Source: a virus (lineage: Duplodnaviria; Caudoviricetes). From it: 32,915 nt of DNA. Position 1 is the stretch's first letter; the number at the start of each line of letters is the position of its first letter. The translations under genes and the position numbers were made by a program. The stretch lies in IMG/VR virus record IMGVR_UViG_3300020045_011830, positions 1-32,915 of that record; one strand, 5' to 3'. Positions 20,901 to 26,230 of the stretch are shown piece after piece. The notes beneath the pieces are model-generated. The model saw only the letters and a list, made by a program, of their open reading frames with translations. It was not told the DNA's origin and did no database searches.

Positions 20901-20969
20901 GAGGCTCATCAGGTCTGACTCATCGGCGGGGTTCAGTTTACTCAGCGCTTCAACACATTTTCTGGCCAT
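17916..20969 (-). CDS. Large polyvalent / DNA-injection virion protein with zincin-like motif
   Basis: 1017 aa; LLHEVVGHYGL...EEALA (HExxxH) domain; helical C-terminal region with hydrophobic segments (LPD38-like). Confidence 0.7.
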   Translation of the reverse strand: MARKCVEALSKLNPADESDLMSLQARLAAEGTDENTALKEATRQLITGLNEDINKLISQAPAYSRGKPGTGVTAEFAKQAIEPIVKGWPGAPSIQIIPAPAGVPGDAKGVFDQGVAYIFHDRVSTAEEVQRVLLHEVVGHYGLSRIMGSQMHQTMIGIYAGNESLRAQADALRVRYGYSVSLSTEEALANLTWDAINNTGFFKKVTARVRNWLRSNGFSSLLRRWTDADVYDLLQRSHAQLQTGGKAPLIVTDMPKRTAVSDAVRAVAEKKQKALGVPINVAQPIEADIRRPVETVTRRGVQTWGQTEQLAAMLNEDPMQLDKYLQRSLGEAYNSENLQAFANIMEREVTANMDYFEAFDKRVKAGQVTDEDYSDAYERSLALMSLKAQFFGARAEAGRALQIFRKLQATIGKLGALELTMGLDEDVELARSKMKALAVQMSEAKYSREVEGKAKGIGKALQANSDIHAATNWEKFFYAWRSWMTSGPASHLANIGGNALVQAVEDASKILAAGIGVLHGGEKVTAAELSAHFNGYIQGVPKGLAAFGESFISDGQAIPVLEGMSAQFTTKWQQRGRPIKGPLGAAIGVSFRFLGAEDAFFKSIVFSKEYEALLARKASATGLTREQVVGNAEMRQAIEDDAIKQVDRQLMQGKIGPLAGAWRTAANKFKPLWLLTPFLSVSSNIIGYGFRGFLPTALLMPSVWEEWKVGGATRDVVAGRILLGTGLVGFAFMLGAAGLATGSPPDDEGERNVWFSTGRVPNAIKLGDTWVQFNRLDPVGTWFSYGAEIAQMIDKMEDREAVESVLLFFKATAKMLQSKLWLQGLTGASNAFSDPDRYAKGWAQRFISSFVPWGGLLGAVAKETDPMYRRMDGIFDGVKARIPGLKSTLLARKDITGQDIETGGSAFVPVAVSVDRGDKALEEMNRLGVGVRQPKRKTSLYELTPEEHNQLIERAGLMTMAMTRNLMSTGQYRAADDDQKKALIEKTVQKAHANARRDFVASHGRILKIVLKKAGQH

Positions 20970-20974
20970 AACTC

Positions 20975-21003
20975 TTTACAAAGTTGTCAATCGAGGTTAT
21001 AAT
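20975..21003 (+). promoter_or_regulatory. Sigma70-like promoter for 21036-21221
   Basis: TTTACA-N17-TATAAT, with inverted TTGACAACTT in the spacer. Confidence 0.65.
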
Positions 21004-21035
21004 GAAATCTCATCATCACAGTTTAGGACAAAACC

Positions 21036-21221
21036 ATGTTAAACGAAATCGAACAGAAGTTATACAATGAAGCACTGGCCGAACTCTGCCGGGATTTCGT
21101 GGAACTGGCGGAAGAAGTGGGGATGGATGAATCAGCCGAAGAATTGGAACAGTACGCACAGGACTACGAAGCTCAAGCGGCCACCCTGGCTAAAGAATCC
21201 GCCACTGCCGAAACTCGTTAA
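21036..21221 (+). CDS. Small highly acidic protein
   Basis: 61 aa, 17 D/E vs 4 K/R; own promoter and AGGA RBS. Confidence 0.7.
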   Translation: MLNEIEQKLYNEALAELCRDFVELAEEVGMDESAEELEQYAQDYEAQAATLAKESATAETR

Positions 21222-21495
21222 CCTCTACCACCCCGTAGCCTCTCAGGCGCTGCAGAGCGTCTGAGATTGCTTTCCGCCGTACCCCTGGAAACTCAAAATC
21301 ACGTAGTAGATACCGCTTTTCCGGTTTCATGAACTTAATGATCCTGTACTGGAGTCCCGTAGGTATTCCTATTACACTTCGTGGAGGCTGGAGTTCCAGG
21401 GTATCCCTGGGGGTTCCAGGGTTCGCCCTGGGTTGTTTTGGACTCCAATGGAAGGATTCATTGGCTTTCTTGATATACAAATCTTGTATTGACAT
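21190..21495 (-). CDS. Putative winged-HTH protein
   Basis: ATG at 21495 downstream of a terminator; RKAISDALQRLRGYGVVE wHTH-like C-terminus. Confidence 0.55.
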   Translation of the reverse strand: MSIQDLYIKKANESFHWSPKQPRANPGTPRDTLELQPPRSVIGIPTGLQYRIIKFMKPEKRYLLRDFEFPGVRRKAISDALQRLRGYGVVEVNEFRQWRIL

Positions 21496-21509
21496 TAGGG
21501 AGTTACCAT

Positions 21510-21531
21510 AAAAAAGCCCGGCGAACCGGGC
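21510..21531 (-). terminator. Rho-independent terminator
   Basis: GCCCGG-TTCG-CCGGGC-TTTTTT on the minus strand after 21571-21975. Confidence 0.85.
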
Positions 21532-21570
21532 AAGGACCATGCCTCAATAGGAGGAGGAGGCGGGCTGCAT

Positions 21571-21975
21571 CTATCTCATTTCGACGGCTGAGGGTTCGAC
21601 CCCCCACAGCATCGTCCGATATCGGTGAACCACTGGGCTACCAAAGTCGCGGTAACGCATACGCGGGAGAAACTCGCCGTTGTTTCCCGACTTGATAAAC
21701 ACAAGGGCATGGTGCATCACTTTACCCCAGTCCTTGCGGGTCTCCAGCACACATGCGTCGTTAATATTGTCCGAAAACCCGGTGATGTGAACAGAACCTT
21801 CGCCGCGAATATCGCAGGTCAGGTACTCATGCGTCGGCGCGCTGACTTCATGCGTCACACGGTTCCTGGTGGAGTGCGTCACACGCAACACCCAATCACT
21901 TACATCACCCATACCACCAGCCATCGCTGGCAACGTAACAAACAATAATACAAAACTAATTAATTTCATTGGCAA
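21571..21975 (-). CDS. Secreted/periplasmic hypothetical protein (moron-like unit)
   Basis: Signal peptide MKLISFVLLFVTLPAMA; own promoter and terminator. Confidence 0.65.
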   Translation of the reverse strand: MPMKLISFVLLFVTLPAMAGGMGDVSDWVLRVTHSTRNRVTHEVSAPTHEYLTCDIRGEGSVHITGFSDNINDACVLETRKDWGKVMHHALVFIKSGNNGEFLPRMRYRDFGSPVVHRYRTMLWGVEPSAVEMR

Positions 21976-21992
21976 TTTTTCCTTTCATTTAA

Positions 21993-22020
21993 AGCATAAC
22001 ATACTAATCATTCTTGTCAA
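21993..22020 (-). promoter_or_regulatory. Sigma70-like promoter
   Basis: TTGACA-N16-TATGCT with extended TG. Confidence 0.55.
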
Positions 22021-22090
22021 GCTCTCCCGCGTCCGCGATGAGCGACATGATCACTAAAAACAACGTTACAAGAATAAGCTTAATCATGGC

Positions 22091-22663
22091 CTACCCCCCT
22101 GGGCGACAGAGCGCTGCCGCCTCCACGAGCCATCTAGCAAAGTCCGGCGGTGTATGCTCTCTCGCCGCCTTACCCAGCCCCGGCAACTTCCCGCGACGGC
22201 TTCCTTTCCCGGCAACCTCATGTGTGGGAGGGGCAAAGTTCAAAGGGATTTGCGGGATATCGCCCGGCTCAACTCCGCATAGGTACAAAAGGGTAGATTT
22301 TCGCGCTTTATGTCCCCACCAACACTGATCCACGCAAATAGACCATCCACCAAAAATGTCTCTGCTTTTTGCCAGGGGCAGGCCAGCTTCCACCCACAGC
22401 TTTGATGTTCGCGGATGCTCCAGCACCCCACCGTACTTTCTGACCTGCTCGACGGCCCAGAACGCCAGGTCGCGCTCACCTGGCCGAGGCTTAGCAAATT
22501 TAGCGAGGTTACCCCATGCTCTACACGGCGGGTGAGCTACCACAGGATAGGGACCAGGGTATTTCGTTGCATCCCGATCCACATCCCATACATCACAGTA
22601 CGGTATTTTTTTGTAGGTACTATCAGCCCGCGCAAACAGCACGGCAACACGCATCTTATTCAT
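22091..22663 (-). CDS. Short phage DNA cytosine-C5 methyltransferase-like protein
   Basis: VVAHPPC catalytic motif IV, GGVLEHP (motif VI-like), GHKARK, TPPDFARWL. Confidence 0.75.
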   Translation of the reverse strand: MNKMRVAVLFARADSTYKKIPYCDVWDVDRDATKYPGPYPVVAHPPCRAWGNLAKFAKPRPGERDLAFWAVEQVRKYGGVLEHPRTSKLWVEAGLPLAKSRDIFGGWSICVDQCWWGHKARKSTLLYLCGVEPGDIPQIPLNFAPPTHEVAGKGSRRGKLPGLGKAAREHTPPDFARWLVEAAALCRPGG

Positions 22664-22681
22664 ACAAATACACCCTAACAG

Positions 22682-23191
22682 TTAGTGGCGCTCCTGGCTG
22701 TTAGCGGAGTGCGGGGGACACTCCCCAGGAGCAATATCCCCAAAGTCCCCATCATAAACTTGTCTTTGGAACTTGTCAAGCAACGAATACGTGTAGTACT
22801 CGCCGCCCTCCCGCGATCCAGCCCACACGAACGGCATCATGTACCGCACCTGAAACGCGATGATGGACTGAAGGACAGCATGCGGACTCATCCGCGACAC
22901 GTAACGGTGGATGCGCACCGTGTCCACGGACGCTTCGATCACCACGGCCTTGCACACCTTCGACATCAGTCGCTCCAGCTCGCGCTCGAACCTGTCGCGG
23001 TTCTGCCCCATCAGGCACGACACCAGGTCATCCAGACTCTTTCGCTCAATCGCAATCTCCGCCTCCAGGCCAGGGAGAGAGTAGTCACCTTCGGGCAGCG
23101 CCACGCGCTCAATCTCTACTTCGCGTTTCTCGAAGAGGTAAGGTTTCTGCTCACGTGTGTCAACGAGGACCTTCAGAAGGGTGTTTTGCAT
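22682..23191 (-). CDS. ERCC4-domain nuclease
   Basis: VDTREQKP, GDYS, IERKSLDDL, RFERELER motifs. Confidence 0.9.
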   Translation of the reverse strand: MQNTLLKVLVDTREQKPYLFEKREVEIERVALPEGDYSLPGLEAEIAIERKSLDDLVSCLMGQNRDRFERELERLMSKVCKAVVIEASVDTVRIHRYVSRMSPHAVLQSIIAFQVRYMMPFVWAGSREGGEYYTYSLLDKFQRQVYDGDFGDIAPGECPPHSANSQERH

Positions 23192-23285
23192 GCGGGGCCG
23201 GTAGTATGGTACAGGGTAGGTGGTGATCGCCGCGTTGTAGCTATCGACATACGCGCCAGGGCTGATCCTGGCGCGTTGTTCCCGG

Positions 23286-23492
23286 TTATTTCAGCTGACT
23301 CATCATCTCGACAATGAGTTGCTCTAGATGCGCCATGCGCTCCAGCAGGTCTTGCTTGTCCTTGACGCACTCCAGGTGCCGCGCTTCCAGGAGCGACACG
23401 ATCCGCTGGAAGAGCCACCAGACGACACCGCCCAGGCTGGACACCGCAGCAACAAGGTGCGCGGGATCAATCGCGATGACGTCAGCCGACAT
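23286..23492 (-). CDS. Small membrane protein, holin-like
   Basis: 68 aa from ATG 23492; one TM helix followed by a coiled coil. Confidence 0.55.
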   Translation of the reverse strand: MSADVIAIDPAHLVAAVSSLGGVVWWLFQRIVSLLEARHLECVKDKQDLLERMAHLEQLIVEMMSQLK

Positions 23493-23507
23493 GGGTATCC
23501 CCGGGGG

Positions 23508-23775
23508 GGTCAATCCCCGCGTGTGCGGGGGAATCGCCAGGCTCAAGCCGAACACCGTGGAGTTTTGGGGTCGATCCCCGCGTGTGCGGGGGAATAGTGG
23601 TGACGTTCATTTGTTGCCAAAACCTCCAAGGTCAATCCCCGCGTGTGCGGGGGAATCCCGCGTGTGCGGGGGTATCTGCCGCATGGATAGGGTCAATCCC
23701 CGCGTGTGCGGGGGAATCCAGCCATTCTACCCCACTGCGGGGCTAAGAGTCAATCCCCGCGTGTGCGGGGGTATC
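23508..23775 (-). CRISPR. Type I-E-like CRISPR array A (5 repeats)
   Basis: 28-bp repeats GGTCRATCCCCGCGTGTGCGGGGGWATM at 23508, 23569, 23630, 23691, 23748 (last begins with A); three 33-bp spacers and one 29-bp interval; minus-strand 3' end GGGGATTGACC resembles I-E GGGGATAAACC. Confidence 0.95.
23724..23753 (-). promoter_or_regulatory. Promoter built from repeat end plus 29-bp pseudo-spacer
   Basis: TTGACT (23753-23748)-N18-TAGAAT (23729-23724), 5 bp before the next repeat. Confidence 0.6.
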
Positions 23776-24245
23776 TATGCGCCGTCCCCATTATCCGCCG
23801 TGGTGACGTTCATTTGTTGCCAAACCCTCCAACTTGAGTCTGGATAGGAAGTATTCTGCGCGGCACAGGTATACCCCTTGCTCGCCGCCTGGTAGGTCCC
23901 ACGGAAGAACAAGCTACCCCATCCTTGCGTCTGCACGGCCTTAGCCACGAAGGAGGCAGCGCTATACTCGCCAGGGCCTATTATGTAGCCCACAGATTTG
24001 ATACACGCATTCGTGGCCGGATGAAAACGCCAAAACCGGATCAAATACTGCTGCGAGTTGGTATTGTTTATGAACGTCTGAACGGTGATGAAATCATTAG
24101 CCAGGTCACAGGTGGTGGTATTTCCACACGACATCACGGGATCGGTAGTCGGATCTCCTGGGAAAAACCCCTGGTTCGGACCACAAGCCGCCAAGGCCGC
24201 AACGGAAAGGAAGAAGGAGAAGAACGCGCCGATCTTTTGAATCAT
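23775..24245 (-). CDS. Lipoprotein of unknown function between CRISPR repeats
   Basis: Signal peptide with lipobox LAAC; AGGAAG RBS; stop codon overlaps the repeat by one base. Confidence 0.8.
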   Translation of the reverse strand: MIQKIGAFFSFFLSVAALAACGPNQGFFPGDPTTDPVMSCGNTTTCDLANDFITVQTFINNTNSQQYLIRFWRFHPATNACIKSVGYIIGPGEYSAASFVAKAVQTQGWGSLFFRGTYQAASKGYTCAAQNTSYPDSSWRVWQQMNVTTADNGDGA

Positions 24246-24277
24246 GGTTACACTTCCTGAAAAGTTATTAATCCGCG

Positions 24278-24306
24278 ATTATCCCATAAGCCCCGTGGGG
24301 CGTCAA
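24278..24306 (-). promoter_or_regulatory. Sigma70-like promoter of the lipoprotein gene
   Basis: TTGACG-N17-GATAAT with extended TG; palindrome GCCCCACGGGGC in the spacer. Confidence 0.65.
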
Positions 24307-24315
24307 CCCTTAGAC

Positions 24316-24512
24316 GGTCAATCCCCGCGTGTGCGGGGGTATCTTGGCTTGCTCCGATTTCAAATCGACGCAAGATGGTCGATCCCCGCGTGTGCGGGGG
24401 TATCAATCTCTACTTCGCGTTTCTCGAAGAGGTACGGGGTCAATCCCCGCGTGTGCGGGGGTATCTATCCAGGAGATCGGCTCAGAATTGAGCCAAGGGG
24501 TCGATCCCCGCG
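24316..24512 (-). CRISPR. Type I-E-like CRISPR array B (3 full repeats and 1 half repeat)
   Basis: Repeats ending GGTATC at 24316, 24377, 24438; 14-bp partial repeat at 24499; three 33-bp spacers; exact 61-bp period. Confidence 0.95.
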
Positions 24513-24577
24513 AGCACAAACAGCCACCGGGGGTCCAGACCCTGTTCCTTCATCACGTCCAGCACCAGGATTTCCAT
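24482..24577 (-). CDS. Possible 31-aa peptide running through the half repeat
   Basis: TGATG coupling to the upstream gene; MEILVLDVMKEQGLDPRWLFVLAGIDPLAQF*. Confidence 0.3.
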   Translation of the reverse strand: MEILVLDVMKEQGLDPRWLFVLAGIDPLAQF

Positions 24578-25569
24578 CAATCGAAAATGCCCAGCTTCTG
24601 CGGAGGCTCTTTCCCACGCAATATGGTCTCATACTCTGGGCGATCCAGACTCAAGAAAGGGTGCTTGGCGCGTCGTGTCGCCGCATCCATCCACATGCGA
24701 GCCTCGACTGCCCTGGCTTCCATTTCTCCCGCCAGACGCTTGTAGAGTTCGTGTTTCGTTAGCCATTTCGGCAGCAAGGGGTTTCGCCGGGCGTAGTTTC
24801 CTAGCTCTGGATCGGATGGGGATCCGCCACGCTCAAAGCCCTCGTACCGTTGCACGCGATGCTGTAGTTCGTGGAGCAAGGTCTTTCGCCGGTCGAGCCC
24901 CTCGACGGGTTTCGACGACATCGCCATACTGCCTTCGCCCGCTGCCCCACGCACGCCCGGTGGTAGCTCCTTGATATACACGGGGTAGTCCTTGAGGAAC
25001 GGGTACTGCTTGAAGAGTTCGGGATGATCCAGCAGATTTTTTGCGTAGAACACGCCAGGCTTCATCTCGCCCGTGGCCGGGATCTTAAACTTTGCCTTGG
25101 AATCGTCAATCTCAAACCGCCACTGGTCATCCAGCCCCTTATGCCAGCCAGTCTTTGCCGCGACTTCCTCCCGCGAGAACTTCTTAGCCAGGGCCTCTAT
25201 CGCCTCTGCTCGCTCCCGCAAGGGCGCTTTCTCTGCCTTCGCTCCCGCGAATATGGCCGCTAGGGCACCGGAGAAGCCCTTAGCGCCCGCCTTGAGCTCC
25301 ATGGTAGGGTCAGGTGAGAGTAACCCACCACCCAGGTGTAAGGCCTTCTCTCCCGTCGTTTCTGGGGTAACTGTCGCCAAGAACTTACCCATCTGGTCCT
25401 TTATCCACTCAGACCCCCCCACGGACTTCTCGACCGGCGCCTGGCCGTCCACCATCCGCACCAGGTTCATCAGGGCCTGCATGGCGTCCACGGGCAGGCC
25501 AGCGGTTCCCGCCAGGGATTCGTTGATGCCAGAGCCCAGGAGGCCCAGGGATTTGTCGGCGGATGGCAT
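24577..25569 (-). CDS. LPD23-like polyvalent-domain protein
   Basis: TGWHKGLDDQWRFEIDDS, HPELFKQYP, LLHELQHRVQRYEGFERGG, LAGEMEAR; GAGGA RBS. Confidence 0.8.
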   Translation of the reverse strand: MPSADKSLGLLGSGINESLAGTAGLPVDAMQALMNLVRMVDGQAPVEKSVGGSEWIKDQMGKFLATVTPETTGEKALHLGGGLLSPDPTMELKAGAKGFSGALAAIFAGAKAEKAPLRERAEAIEALAKKFSREEVAAKTGWHKGLDDQWRFEIDDSKAKFKIPATGEMKPGVFYAKNLLDHPELFKQYPFLKDYPVYIKELPPGVRGAAGEGSMAMSSKPVEGLDRRKTLLHELQHRVQRYEGFERGGSPSDPELGNYARRNPLLPKWLTKHELYKRLAGEMEARAVEARMWMDAATRRAKHPFLSLDRPEYETILRGKEPPQKLGIFD

Positions 25570-25571
25570 GG

Positions 25572-25760
25572 CTATTCCTCAGTGGTTGGTTCCGACATTG
25601 TAGCTTTTCGTGAGGGATTTGTCAGTGAGAGGGGGTGCTGCCCATGCAAATCCTGGCAAAAGCGCCGGAAGTCCATCAATTCGGGCCAGCTTAGCTTTTC
25701 TTCTGCCGGTTTATTGGCGGTTTTTTGCTCGTATCGGAGCACTGCAGGGTGGTTTTTCAT
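25572..25760 (-). CDS. Hypothetical protein
   Basis: 62 aa, stop 2 bp upstream of the next start. Confidence 0.4.
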   Translation of the reverse strand: MKNHPAVLRYEQKTANKPAEEKLSWPELMDFRRFCQDLHGQHPLSLTNPSRKATMSEPTTEE

Positions 25761-25860
25761 AATAAGTGGTCATTTCGTTTAAAGTGTGGTCATTTTACCA
25801 GAGGTCCCTAACCTCCGTCAACCCCCCGCCCCGCCTTGCGTTGAGGTGGTGGGGCAGGGA

Positions 25861-26162
25861 GTGATACCAAGTGATACCAAGTGGCATACCATGAGAAACT
25901 ACATTAAGAATCATCGCTAAGTAGCAGTTAAGGGCTTTTGTTTTTTACTACTAATACCACTAATACCACTAATACCAAGTACTTTAAAGTTTATATAGAG
26001 AGAGAAACAGAAATATATATATCTCCCCCAGGAGTAATTTGGAGGTTTTTGCTGGTTTTCGTGAGGTACTTGGTTAGAGCAAGCTGTGGCGCGGACTTGG
26101 GGGGTGGGGGTACTTGGTATGCCACTTGGTATGCCACTTGGTATTAGTGGTATTAGTGGTAT
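25861..26162. repeat. Convergent iteron arrays flanking an AT-rich core; putative replication origin
   Basis: Six ATACCA units on + (25864-25977) and five TGGTAT units (26115-26162); AT-rich core ~25981-26023; directly downstream of primase-helicase. Confidence 0.75.
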
Positions 26163-26230
26163 GTCGCTCAAAGACGACGAAGCCCCAAGGAGGGATATGG
26201 TCCTTGAGGCTCGAGTTAACCATACGCTTA

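Noticed and set aside
22682-23191. Nuclease beside the array as a Cas effector
   Set aside because: Motifs are plain ERCC4 (GDY, ERKS), common in phages; it is a spacer target, and nothing links it to crRNA use
23493-23555. Longer GTG-start version of the holin-like ORF
   Set aside because: Starts inside a spacer and crosses a repeat; ATG 23492 is more plausible
23597-23832. Diversity-generating retroelement template/variable pair
   Set aside because: Only 33 bp, exactly spacer-sized, and no reverse transcriptase in the window
23314-24762. Plus-strand ORFs 23314-23847, 23328-23597, 24244-24762, 24329-24745
   Set aside because: Translations of CRISPR repeats (NPRVCGG, SIPACAG) and antisense shadows of real genes
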